48,104 nucleotides of DNA, from contig JBIKTV010000002.1 in assembly GCA_044347905.1 (NCBI GenBank), positions 1-48,104 on the forward strand. Reading direction: 5' to 3'. This DNA comes from Myxococcota bacterium (GTDB taxonomy: Bacteria; Myxococcota_A; UBA9042). The notes beneath the pieces were generated by a model, which made no database searches, was not told where the DNA came from, and was given only the letters and a program-made list of their open reading frames with translations. This document shows, one piece after another, positions 15,701-24,823 of the stretch; positions within the stretch are counted from its first letter, which is position 1; every line of letters begins with the position of its first letter. The position numbers and the translations under genes are program-made.

Positions 15701-18700
15701 ATGTACAAGCCGTCCCGCCTCTTCTGGCTGGCCTTGCTCGCGCTGCTGGCGATGGCCTGCGCGGAGGAGCGAGCGCCGATCGACCGCGTTCAGCCTTACG
15801 CCCTTGATAAGGCGTTCTTTGTCGGACCCAAACTCCAGGACACCAGCGATGATCCTGAGTTCTATTCCCGAGCTACCGTTGTCGACGTAGGTTACGGCGC
15901 GGCTCAGGACGGCCTGTTCACCTCGACGTACGCCCAGCCGACTTCGCGGCTCAAGTGGCAGATCACCGAGGATTTGCTGATCGGCCGCTTGGCTTATGAG
16001 CGCATCGCCGGATCGGACTCCAAGGGCTTGGGCAAAGCGACCCATGACGGCATTATCGTCTGCGCTTTCCGCATCCAGTCGCACTTTGACGTGCGCCACG
16101 CCTACAACCCCACCACGGGCGAAGAGCTCAACGTGTTGGAGGAAAACAGCTCCGATCGGCCGTGGTTTGAGCGCGCCAGCTTCCGCGTCGATTGGTCCAA
16201 GAACCTGAACACGGACAGCTACGATTTCGACACCCTGTCGATGATGGGCATCTACGGCGGCATTCAGTATGAGTCGCTGGCGTACCACGTGGACGACCCC
16301 ACGGATGAGAACGCCACCTACTTCGCCAAGGACGGCAGCTACTTTGACGTGACCACCAAGGCGTTTGCCAAGCCGGGCGTCGTCGATCTCAGCCACCTGG
16401 GCTGGGGCATTGACAAGTTCCCGGCCTGCTTCCTGGACGGCAACTTTGGCGGCGGCACCGCTCCGGCGGGTTCCTGCAACCCGATCGAGATCACCTTGCG
16501 CCACTCGTTCCGCCGCGTGGTCGACACGGACTACGAGCCCATGGATTGGGACGGCATCCGCTTTCAGGCCGCCGGTGCCTTTACGGCAGAGCGCCACGGC
16601 TACGCGCGCAACTACGGCATGACGGACGAGAAGTGGTACCGCATGCTCGAGCGCTACAACATCTGGCAGCAGAGCCACGCGTTCTTTGCCGCTGACGCCA
16701 AGACCGGCGTGCTGACCAAGGGCGCCGACGGCAAACTGATCCCGGTCGACCGCAGCGTGGGCAAGCCGCTTGCGTGCAACACTGCAGAATCTACCAAGTA
16801 CTCCAAGGACCCCCACCGAGACGAGAACAAGGACGGCACGGAGGACGAGTGCGCCGCGGTCGGCAACGGCTCGCGCTGCGACACCTTCCGCCAGATGTGC
16901 ACCCTGCCGTTTGCCCAGCGCCAAGCCAAGCCGGTGGCCTGGTACTACGCCGAGGGCAGCGATCCTGAGTACTTTGAGCCCACGGAAGACGCCACCCACG
17001 AGTGGGACATCGCCATGCGCGTGGCCGTCCAGACCGCCAAGTACGCCGAGTGCAGCCGGATGGGCGCGGCGGATTGCGAAGCGAAGTTCCCCGTGTACCA
17101 CGGTCAGCAGGACGACAACGAAGACACCATCGCCTTGGCCAAGGAAGTCGACGACTGCCGCCACGGCCTGGCCTACAAGGAGAAGGGCCGCAACGAAGCC
17201 GCCTGCATCGCCTTGGCCGATCAAGTGGGCCCCAAGCGCGGCGCCACCCCTGGCGTCATTGCGATCGCCAAGCTCCCGGAAATGCTAGTGCTTTGCCACA
17301 GTCCGGTGGAAGCCAATGACCCGGCGATCTGCGCGCCTGCCAAGGAGCGCCTGCCCGCCAACCTCACGGCCGAGCAGTGCTTCAAAGCCCGCAAGGACGG
17401 CGACAAGGCGGTGGTCGCGACCTGTGACAAGGCCGTGCGCGCCCGCCGCGGCGACCTTCGCTACCATCAGGTCAACGGCATCGTCGAGCCGGCGACGCCT
17501 TCGCCGTGGGGCATCATGGTCGACGGCCACGACCCGGTTACGGGCGAAGAAGTGTCGGCCAGCATCAACATCTGGACGTACATCAACGACATGTGGAGCC
17601 AGGGCGTCGTCGATCAGGCGCGCTACATCGCGGGCGAATTGAAGGCCCAAGATATCACCGAGGGCAAGTACATCCGCGATTGGTCCGCGGCCTCGCAGGC
17701 GGCTTCTTACGGCGGTCTGCTCCCGCGCATGTCTGCGGAAGAAGCGGCGGAGCGCCAGTCGGCTACCAGCAACGGCCACAACCACGATCACGCCGCGCAG
17801 TTTGCCCAGCAGAATCCCAAGGCGGCGCAAGCGGCCGATGTGTTGCGCTCGCAGCTCGCCGGTGTCGTTGCGTCCGGCAAGGCGTCGACGGCCCACGGTG
17901 CAGAAGTGCTGGCTCGCCGGCAGTCGGCCGCGGGCACGGCGTTTGAGGCCGCGCTGCTGACGCCGATGATGCAGCAGTTCCTGGGCATGGTCGGTCTGCC
18001 GATGTCGGACGGGCTGTTGGACATGGTTTCGCCCCTGCGCGGTGGCAATCCGACCTTCCAGCGCAATCTCCGTCAAATGAAGGAGAATGCCCTGGCCGAT
18101 CGCGGTGCCTGCGTGTTGGAGATGGCCGACGCGCCCCTGGGCATTGCCGGTTTGGGCGATGAGCTGCAGAAGAAGTTCGGAGCGTTCAACGCCAAGGATG
18201 CGCCGGAAGTGCAGCAGGCCCGCGCGCACAAAATGCAGCGCTACTTGGCCCGCCGTGTGCATTTTGCAGTCATCATTCACGAAATGGGCCACAGCGTTGG
18301 TCTGCGCCACAACTTCCTCAGCTCGGCGGACGCGCTCAACTACCGGCCGCAGTACTGGCAGACCCGCACCCGCGATGGCGCGGAGACCACGCTGTGCAAG
18401 AAGCTCGCGACCGACGGCACCAGCTGCGTTGGCCCGCGCTACTTTGACCCCGTGACCAAGGAAGAGCGCGACAACCTGCAGCCGATGTTCATGCAGTCGT
18501 CGGTCATGGACTACGCCGGTGAAACGACTCAGGATCTCATTGGCCTTGGCGCTTACGACTTCCACGCCGCCCGCATGTTCTACGGCGACGTCGCGACGGT
18601 TCACGCCGATGAGAGCTACCAGGTCAACACCAAGCGCGGTGTCGGCGCGTTGGCCAAGATGGACAGCTTTGGCGGCATCGTCGGTCTTCAGCCGACCATT

Positions 18701-20572
18701 GGCTCCAAGAACACCCAGACCGGGCTGATGAACAGCACCACGAACATCCACTACACCGATCTGCAGAACAAGTACGAAGTGCTGACCAATCCGGCGGAAT
18801 TCTGCCATGAGGTCGACCCGACGCTGTTCAAGCCGGCTCGCTGGAACAAGGATCGCGACGGCGAGTTCAGCCCGTTGATCGACGGTCTCATCGTCACCAA
18901 CAACGGCGTGCACACCCGCTGCCGTCAGCAGCCTGTGGATTACGTGACCTGGACGTCGATGCGCAAGCCCACGGGCAACGAGTTTGGCGGCTTCTACCGC
19001 GGTGGTCCGTCGGTCGACACGGCTGGCCGCGTCCGCGTGCCGTATGGTTTCGCCACCGACAACTGGGCCGACTTGGGCAACGCCAGCGTCTATCGCCACG
19101 ACAATGGCGCGGATCAGTATGAAATCTTTAACTTCATGATCACCCAGGGCGAAGTCAACCACATCTTTGACAACTACCGCCGCGGCCGCAAGAGCTTTAC
19201 GGTCAACGGCGCTGCCAACCGCGCCATCGGTCGGTACTATGAGAAGATGCGCGACGGCGCCAAGGGCCTGGCCCTGTACCGCAACATCTATCGGGACTTT
19301 GGCCTGAGCTTGGGCGTTGGGCCGGATGACATGTGGAACTACGCCGCGGCCAACTTCTTCCCGGACTCGATCCTCGCGGCCGGCATGGTGTTCGACCACT
19401 TTACCCGCATCGCCCAGCGCCCTGAGGCCGGCACGCACTTCAACGACAAGGGCCTGCTGCTTTCGACCGAGAACGAAGGCGGCGACAGCAAGCCCACCGC
19501 GCTGACCGTGCCCAATGGCGCCACTGGCTTTATGGGCAACGTGAGCTTTGGCGGCCGGCCGATCGAGAACAAGCTGGCGGATGACAAGGGCGAGTACGAC
19601 TCGCAGTACACGCTCAATGCCGGCTCGTACTATGAGAAGGCTGCGGTGTCGATGCTCATGACGGAGTCCGTGGACAACTTCATCAGCTCGACCATGGGCG
19701 ACTTTACGGACGCCCGTTACCGCTCGGTTTCGCTGGCGGATCTGTTCCCGGAGGGCTACCGGCGCTTCCTGGCCAATACCCTGACCAATGATGAGACCTT
19801 GAAGGGCGCCCGCATCGCCAGCAAGGACGGCAAGCCAGAGGTCGACGCCGACGGCTACCCGTCCAAGGCGATTGGCTGGACTTCTTGGTACGGCACGGAG
19901 GCGCGGTCTTGCTTCCCCGCCGATCAGTCCAACGTCTGCCGTTCGTTTGGCAAGTCGGACACGGCGTACGCCGCGCAGAAGGTCGCTGAGGCCCTGCCGA
20001 TCGAGTCGCAGCTGGGCTTTGAGCAGCAGAAGTTCTACATCGCGTGGACCATGCTGTACCTGTTTGAGAATCAGCAGCAGAGCTGGCTCGACATGCTGCG
20101 GATCTGGGAGTTGGGCGTCGATTCGGATCCCAAGCTGGGCGACAACCGCATTGAGCTGCACTACCCGGGTGGAAAGACCTACATTGCGCACACTTATGGC
20201 AAGGAAGTCGTGTTTGGCAAGACCGTGCAGAAGGGCATCGCCGCCCGGGTCATCGAGTACGCCAACCAGCTGATGAAGGAAGCGTATCAGACCACCGATG
20301 GCCCCGACCTGGACGGCGACGGCTCGCCGGATTGGTACCTGCCCGTCATCAACCCCAAGACGGGCGAGGCCTCGGTCAAGTACGACGCCGGCGTCGGCAC
20401 CATCCAGAACACGCCCAGCCTCACCTGCAAAGAGAGCGACACGTCGGCCTGCGTCTGCAACGACAACCGCTCTTGCCTCGCGCTGAAGGCCTACATGCAG
20501 GTGCCGTACTACTTGCGCGAGTCCATCGACGCCTATTCGATCGGCCTGCCGCACAAGAAGGGCGTGTACTAG
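15701..20572 (+). CDS. Giant (1623 aa) lipoprotein zinc metalloprotease, metzincin type (DUF4953-like catalytic core)
   Basis: Track ORF 15671..20572. I prefer the ATG at 15701, which gives a lipobox (MYKPSRLFWLALLALLAMAC|AEE). The full metzincin signature HExxHxxGxxH is present in VIIHEMGHSVGLRHNF. A downstream Met-turn-like MQSSVMDYAGE follows, as in the Bacteroidota DUF4953 zinc-protease family. The codon bias is strongly coding throughout. The antisense ORFs 15563..17224 and 17285..20650 are shadows. Confidence 0.85.
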   Translation: MYKPSRLFWLALLALLAMACAEERAPIDRVQPYALDKAFFVGPKLQDTSDDPEFYSRATVVDVGYGAAQDGLFTSTYAQPTSRLKWQITEDLLIGRLAYERIAGSDSKGLGKATHDGIIVCAFRIQSHFDVRHAYNPTTGEELNVLEENSSDRPWFERASFRVDWSKNLNTDSYDFDTLSMMGIYGGIQYESLAYHVDDPTDENATYFAKDGSYFDVTTKAFAKPGVVDLSHLGWGIDKFPACFLDGNFGGGTAPAGSCNPIEITLRHSFRRVVDTDYEPMDWDGIRFQAAGAFTAERHGYARNYGMTDEKWYRMLERYNIWQQSHAFFAADAKTGVLTKGADGKLIPVDRSVGKPLACNTAESTKYSKDPHRDENKDGTEDECAAVGNGSRCDTFRQMCTLPFAQRQAKPVAWYYAEGSDPEYFEPTEDATHEWDIAMRVAVQTAKYAECSRMGAADCEAKFPVYHGQQDDNEDTIALAKEVDDCRHGLAYKEKGRNEAACIALADQVGPKRGATPGVIAIAKLPEMLVLCHSPVEANDPAICAPAKERLPANLTAEQCFKARKDGDKAVVATCDKAVRARRGDLRYHQVNGIVEPATPSPWGIMVDGHDPVTGEEVSASINIWTYINDMWSQGVVDQARYIAGELKAQDITEGKYIRDWSAASQAASYGGLLPRMSAEEAAERQSATSNGHNHDHAAQFAQQNPKAAQAADVLRSQLAGVVASGKASTAHGAEVLARRQSAAGTAFEAALLTPMMQQFLGMVGLPMSDGLLDMVSPLRGGNPTFQRNLRQMKENALADRGACVLEMADAPLGIAGLGDELQKKFGAFNAKDAPEVQQARAHKMQRYLARRVHFAVIIHEMGHSVGLRHNFLSSADALNYRPQYWQTRTRDGAETTLCKKLATDGTSCVGPRYFDPVTKEERDNLQPMFMQSSVMDYAGETTQDLIGLGAYDFHAARMFYGDVATVHADESYQVNTKRGVGALAKMDSFGGIVGLQPTIGSKNTQTGLMNSTTNIHYTDLQNKYEVLTNPAEFCHEVDPTLFKPARWNKDRDGEFSPLIDGLIVTNNGVHTRCRQQPVDYVTWTSMRKPTGNEFGGFYRGGPSVDTAGRVRVPYGFATDNWADLGNASVYRHDNGADQYEIFNFMITQGEVNHIFDNYRRGRKSFTVNGAANRAIGRYYEKMRDGAKGLALYRNIYRDFGLSLGVGPDDMWNYAAANFFPDSILAAGMVFDHFTRIAQRPEAGTHFNDKGLLLSTENEGGDSKPTALTVPNGATGFMGNVSFGGRPIENKLADDKGEYDSQYTLNAGSYYEKAAVSMLMTESVDNFISSTMGDFTDARYRSVSLADLFPEGYRRFLANTLTNDETLKGARIASKDGKPEVDADGYPSKAIGWTSWYGTEARSCFPADQSNVCRSFGKSDTAYAAQKVAEALPIESQLGFEQQKFYIAWTMLYLFENQQQSWLDMLRIWELGVDSDPKLGDNRIELHYPGGKTYIAHTYGKEVVFGKTVQKGIAARVIEYANQLMKEAYQTTDGPDLDGDGSPDWYLPVINPKTGEASVKYDAGVGTIQNTPSLTCKESDTSACVCNDNRSCLALKAYMQVPYYLRESIDAYSIGLPHKKGVY

Positions 20573-20591
20573 AGTTCGTTTCTTGGAAGGA

Positions 20592-20636
20592 CGCCGGCGC
20601 CTGATGGGCGCACAAGCCACGGGCGCCGGCGCCTGA
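20592..20636 (+). terminator. Palindromic direct repeat / hairpin 20 nt after the metalloprotease stop
   Basis: cgccggcgcc (20592-20601) is the reverse complement of ggcgccggcg (20622-20631), giving a 10-bp stem with a 20-nt loop. In addition, cgccggcgcctga is repeated directly at 20592-20604 and 20624-20636. There is no U-tract. Confidence 0.3.
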
Positions 20637-20896
20637 ACCAAAGCGTGCACAAGGGTCGCCGTTCATCGCAGACCCGGCCGCTGTCCAGCTTCCTCAATCC
20701 TCTGCTGATTCAAAGACATCTGCTGAGCATTCGCCCGGCCTTGCTTGGGCCCCGGGGAATATTCGGCTGGCCTAGCGCATTCGGGTTGCGTCGCCCGCGG
20801 GGCATGCCTAACGTGTAAGGGCAAGGTAACGGCGTTCAAGCACCTCCGCCGGGCAGTCGGGCACGGAAGGGGTTGGCGCGGGTTCAGAGGCAGACG

Positions 20897-21652
20897 ATGG
20901 CGATCCTGATGCAACAGCTGAAGCGGCGCGCGGGGCTCTGGGGGGCCTCAGCCGTGGTGCTGGCGGCAGCAGTCGCGACCGTGCTGTGGATCACTGGTCG
21001 GCCGGCGCAAGAGGTCCCTTTGGCTGCGGTCCAGGGCCGGGTGGTGACCGCGCCGCTGCGCCAGCCGTCGTTCAATGCGGCCCAAGCCATGCACTTGGTG
21101 GCGACGCTGCGGTGGGGCCAACCCACAGCCCAGCCGACGCCCAAGCAAGCCGCTACCGATCAGGTGAACTGGGACGGCTATTTGTCTCTTGATTGCGGCG
21201 AGATTCGCAAGGTCGAGGGCTTGGGTCTAGAGCAGCGCAGGGGCGAGGACGGTCGGGCGAGTGAGGGCGACCGCATTGGCCCTGTGGTCGTCGGTGAGGC
21301 GGGCGATCAGCGGGTGTATTGGCGTTCCGCGACGGCCAGCGATTGGGACGGCGTGCGCGTGACCCTGGATGTGTGCCCTCCTTCAGCGCAGAGAGAGAGC
21401 GGCGGTTCCCTCAAAGTAGTCACGCCTATGCGGACTTATGTGGCGCGGTTGGCCTGGAGTGTCGACGATTTTGTGTCGATGCCCGTGGGCCGCGGGGCGT
21501 TTCTGGACGTCCACATCGCTGCGGAGCGCGACAGCCAGGCTCTGCAGAGGCAGCGCGTGACCCTTGCCCCCGTGGTGCTGGACAAAGGCGATCGGCAGAT
21601 GGCCGGAAGCGACGAGCCGCCCGCGGTGGTAGACGGCGGTCCGGCGTTGTAG
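20897..21652 (+). CDS. Hypothetical membrane-anchored protein
   Basis: Track ORF 20873..21652 has a TTG start. The first ATG is at 20897 (MAILMQQLKRRAGLWGASAVVLAAAVATVLWITG), giving a single N-terminal TM helix. The remainder is soluble and I recognise no motif in it. Third positions are GC-rich. Confidence 0.55.
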   Translation: MAILMQQLKRRAGLWGASAVVLAAAVATVLWITGRPAQEVPLAAVQGRVVTAPLRQPSFNAAQAMHLVATLRWGQPTAQPTPKQAATDQVNWDGYLSLDCGEIRKVEGLGLEQRRGEDGRASEGDRIGPVVVGEAGDQRVYWRSATASDWDGVRVTLDVCPPSAQRESGGSLKVVTPMRTYVARLAWSVDDFVSMPVGRGAFLDVHIAAERDSQALQRQRVTLAPVVLDKGDRQMAGSDEPPAVVDGGPAL

Positions 21653-21739
21653 CATCGGCCCGGGTAGACGCCGCGCTGGCCGGGCTCTTCCCGGCGACCG
21701 TCTGCCAACCGCTCAATTACATTGCTCTATGGGAACAAC

Positions 21740-22270
21740 ATGCAAGCAAGGATCGGCATCGTCACTATCAGCGACCGGGCCAGCAGCGGCGTCTATCAAG
21801 ACCTGGGCGGCCCGGCGATCGAGCAATACTTTGGTGAAGTGCTCAATTCGCCTTGGGAGTCGGTATATCGGCTGATTCCCGACGACCAAGCGGGGATTGA
21901 GAAGACCTTGGCCGAGCTCTGCGATGTCGAAGGTTGTTCGCTGGTTGTGACGACGGGCGGCACGGGTCCGGCGGTGCGCGACGTGACCCCAGAGGCGACG
22001 CGCGCGGTGATCGACAAGGAGCTTGAAGGCTTTGGCGAGCAAATGCGCGCGGTAAGCTTGGCCAAGGTGCCGACGGCGATCCTCTCTCGCCAGACGGCTG
22101 GGGTGCGCGGGCGGGCGCTGATCATCAACTTGCCGGGCAAACCAAAGGCGATTGCCGAATGCCTGGACGCGGTCATGGCTGCGGTGCCGTACTGCATTGA
22201 CCTCATCGGCGGGGCATACCTGACCACCCATCCCGAGCGGATCGTGGCCTTTCGCCCCAAGGGCCCTTGA
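21740..22270 (+). CDS. mog: Molybdopterin adenylyltransferase (MogA/MoaB family)
   Basis: Track ORF 21722..22270. I prefer the ATG at 21740. The sequence MQARIGIVTISDRASSGVYQDLGGPAIE...LVVTTGGTGPAVRDVTPEAT...GVRGRALIINLPGKPKAIAECLD matches the MoCF_biosynth fold with its TGGTG motif. Confidence 0.9.
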   Translation: MQARIGIVTISDRASSGVYQDLGGPAIEQYFGEVLNSPWESVYRLIPDDQAGIEKTLAELCDVEGCSLVVTTGGTGPAVRDVTPEATRAVIDKELEGFGEQMRAVSLAKVPTAILSRQTAGVRGRALIINLPGKPKAIAECLDAVMAAVPYCIDLIGGAYLTTHPERIVAFRPKGP

Positions 22271-22432
22271 AAAACCTAGTCGATTCGCCCTGGGCCCCTT
22301 TGCCTGTTGGGTGGGTCGCAAGTGTGCGCCTCCAGAGGGCGGGCAGGCTTGCATTAGCTGGCCGAGGCTCCTAGACTTCCCGCCCGCGCCGACCAGGTGG
22401 AACGCGCGGCAACTGTAGTCAGGTGAAGAGAA

Positions 22433-22981
22433 ATGAGCGACACGACGGAGACCCTCCTGCCGGCCAGCCCGGAACCCAGCACCCCGGCTTCTGAAGAGGC
22501 CGCGCGCAACGATGACCAAGAGGCCCTAGAAGCCCTGGCTTCCTTGCCGCCGCGTCAGTTTGCCCGCCTTTGTCGGCGCGTGCCGCTGCGCACCTTTATG
22601 GCTGAGCTAGAGAAACTCGACCGCGGGGTGTTTTTCCGCCACTTCAAGGGCTATCGCCCCTCAAAGATCGATGCGAGCCACCTGGAGAAGGTGCTGCGCA
22701 AAGAGATGTTTGAGAAGCGCAACGGCCTGCTCGCCCAGCTGGTGATCTACAACTGGGACGAAGCGGAGTACCGCCTCTACGGCGACCTGCAGAAGGAAGT
22801 CAAGAAGATCAATGAGGATGTTGAGGCGATCGAGCACATCGAAGACAGCCAGGGGGACGAGATCATCGCGGCCCTGCTGGCGGTGTACGACCTGCGCGAC
22901 ATTCACATTGCCTTTGTGATCAATGGCGTGCGCGTGTCGGCTGCCTATCTGGCCAGCAAGTTCGCCGACGTTCTGAAGTAG
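22433..22981 (+). CDS. Hypothetical cytoplasmic protein (acidic N-terminus, conserved-looking helical C-terminal domain)
   Basis: A clean 182-aa ORF (MSDTTETLLPASPEPSTPASEEAARNDDQEALEAL...FFRHFKGYRPSKIDASHLEKVLRKEMFEKRNGLLAQLVIYNWDEAEYRLYGDLQKEV...). I recognise no domain. Its stop is 6 nt from the stop of the convergent histidine kinase. Confidence 0.6.
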   Translation: MSDTTETLLPASPEPSTPASEEAARNDDQEALEALASLPPRQFARLCRRVPLRTFMAELEKLDRGVFFRHFKGYRPSKIDASHLEKVLRKEMFEKRNGLLAQLVIYNWDEAEYRLYGDLQKEVKKINEDVEAIEHIEDSQGDEIIAALLAVYDLRDIHIAFVINGVRVSAAYLASKFADVLK

Positions 22982-22987
22982 CCCTTC

Positions 22988-24112
22988 TCAGGGCTGCGGC
23001 TCGCTGGGCGCCTCGGGCAGAACCACAGAGAAGGTCGAGCCTTTGGCGACTTGGCTCGTGAGCTCCAGGCGTCCGGCCATCCGCTCCACCAGCGAACGCA
23101 CGATCGACAGGCCCAGGCCCGCGCCGCCCACTTGGCGGGCCCGGCCCTTGTCAACCCGATAGAACCGCTCAAAAACACGCGTCTGTTCCTCTGGACGAAT
23201 GCCGATCCCGGAATCCGTCACGGAAATCCGCACTCCTGCGCGCGGCTGACCTGGCTCGCGCTGCACGCGGATCTCAATGCGCCCGCCGGCCGGCGTGTAC
23301 TTGATGGCGTTTTGCAGCAGGTTGCCAAGGGCCGTGTCCAAGGCGGCGCGGTCGGCGATCACCCGCAGCCGCGCGGTGCCGGACTGGGCCACGCGCACGG
23401 ACAGACCGCTGCGGTGGATGGCTTCAGCCTGATTCTCCAAGAGGGTTTTCAGCACTTCGGCCACGTCCACTGGCTCCGGGTGCAGCTGCCACTGCTGCTG
23501 GTCGAGCCGGCACAGGTCCAGGAGCTGCCCCAGCAGGGTGGAGAGGCGCTGGGCATGGCGGTGGATAGTCTTGTGGATTTGCTCGAGTTTTCTGGGGTCG
23601 GCCGGTGGAGCGTCGACGAGCGTCTCTGCCCAGCCCAGAATCGCCGTCGTGGGCGTGCGCAGCTCGTGGCTGGCATTGGCGATGAAATCCATCAACATCC
23701 GCTCTGTGTCGCGGCGTTCGGTGACGTCGCGCACCACCCCAAGGGCGCGATGACCCCAGTAGTCGTGGTCGGGCAGCGGCACCACGCGGATCTCAAGCAA
23801 GCGCGTCTGCAGACCGCGGTGCTCCACATCCAGGCTGCGCGGACCCTCCCCGCGGAGGACCTCCGCAAATGCTTCTATGAGTCGCGGCTCACTAATCATG
23901 GCGGACAGGGACTTGCCCTGGCTCAAGGGCGGCAGAAGCAGCGTGTCGCGCAAGCTGCGGTTGGTCACCACCAGGCGCATCTTCTCATCGACGACCATCA
24001 CGCCATCGCCCAGGGCATCGAGCATGGTCCAAAACAGGTTGGCGCGCTGATCGGGAGGGGGACCCTTGCGGAACTCGTTGGTATTCTCTGGGAAATCGGG
24101 CTGATCCTGCAT
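22988..24112 (-). CDS. Cytoplasmic PAS-domain sensor histidine kinase (PhoR-like HisKA/HATPase_c)
   Basis: There is no TM helix. A PAS domain is present (LFWTMLDALGDGVMVVDEKMRLVVTNRSL). The kinase boxes are visible: H-box ASHELRTPTTAILGW, N-box LGNLLQNAIKYTP, G1 VTDSGIGI and G2 GGAGLGLSIV. Confidence 0.92.
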   Translation of the reverse strand: MQDQPDFPENTNEFRKGPPPDQRANLFWTMLDALGDGVMVVDEKMRLVVTNRSLRDTLLLPPLSQGKSLSAMISEPRLIEAFAEVLRGEGPRSLDVEHRGLQTRLLEIRVVPLPDHDYWGHRALGVVRDVTERRDTERMLMDFIANASHELRTPTTAILGWAETLVDAPPADPRKLEQIHKTIHRHAQRLSTLLGQLLDLCRLDQQQWQLHPEPVDVAEVLKTLLENQAEAIHRSGLSVRVAQSGTARLRVIADRAALDTALGNLLQNAIKYTPAGGRIEIRVQREPGQPRAGVRISVTDSGIGIRPEEQTRVFERFYRVDKGRARQVGGAGLGLSIVRSLVERMAGRLELTSQVAKGSTFSVVLPEAPSEPQP

Positions 24113-24121
24113 GGCGAGCCT

Positions 24122-24823
24122 CTACTGCGGGGCATCGGGGGCGCGCAGGCAATAGCCAAATCCGCGCACGGTGTGAATCGCCTCGCCCGCTTGGCCCAGG
24201 CGCTCGCGCAGGCGCTTGACGTGGGTGTCGACCGTGCGGGTCTGCAGGTCCGGGCTCATCCCCCACACGTCCTCCAACAGGGTCTGGCGCGACTGCACTT
24301 CGCCCTGGCGCTGCAGCAGGGTGCGCAACAGCTTGAATTCCAAGGCAGTTAGGTGGAGCTCTTCCTGGCCGACCAGCACGCGGTGCTGCTGATCGTCCAT
24401 GAAGATCTCGCCACAGCGCATCCCGGACTCGGCGACAGGCACGGCAGGAGCGGCGGGGCTTCGCCGCAGGATCGCCTTGACCCGCAACATCAATTCGCGA
24501 ATCGAGAACGGCTTGGCCAGGTAGTCATCGGCGCCGGCCTCCAGGCCCTGGACGCGGTCGCTCTCTGCGGTGCGCGCGGTCAGCATCATCACCGGCGTCG
24601 CCGCCAGCTGGGGATCGGCGCGGAGGCGCTCGCAGACCTCGATGCCGGACATATCGGGCAGCATCAGGTCCAGAATCACCAGCGCCGGCTGATGGCGCTT
24701 GGCCAGGGCCAGGGCCTCCGCGCCCGTGCCGCAACTGACAAACGCGTAGCCGTGGGCATCGGCGGTGTGCTCGACGAGCTCGCGCAGGTCCGGCTCATCT
24801 TCTACAATCAGCAGCATGATCAT
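24122..24823 (-). CDS. OmpR/PhoB-family response regulator
   Basis: The receiver domain is present (MLLIVEDEPDLREL...LVILDLMLPDMSG...MLTAR...YLAKPFS). The winged-helix output is present (LTALEFKLLRTLL...TVDTHVKRLRERLG...IHTVRGFGYCL). The start ATG overlaps the upstream gene's stop (ATGA at 24820-24823). The kinase start is 9 nt downstream. Confidence 0.93.
   Translation of the reverse strand: MIMLLIVEDEPDLRELVEHTADAHGYAFVSCGTGAEALALAKRHQPALVILDLMLPDMSGIEVCERLRADPQLAATPVMMLTARTAESDRVQGLEAGADDYLAKPFSIRELMLRVKAILRRSPAAPAVPVAESGMRCGEIFMDDQQHRVLVGQEELHLTALEFKLLRTLLQRQGEVQSRQTLLEDVWGMSPDLQTRTVDTHVKRLRERLGQAGEAIHTVRGFGYCLRAPDAPQ

Noticed and set aside
15563-20650. Very long antisense ORFs (15563..17224-, 553 aa; 17285..20650-, 1121 aa) opposite the metalloprotease gene
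   Set aside because: The translations are Arg/Ala/Gly/Val-rich with no motifs, which is typical of stop-poor shadow frames in GC-rich DNA. The plus-strand frame carries the lipobox, the HExxHxxGxxH motif and balanced composition.
21653-21739. Possible Moco riboswitch upstream of mog
   Set aside because: The spacer is only 87 nt and contains just one short GCCCGG/CCGGGC hairpin (about 21657-21685). That hairpin is more likely a terminator for the upstream gene. I could not see any of the conserved Moco-motif blocks.
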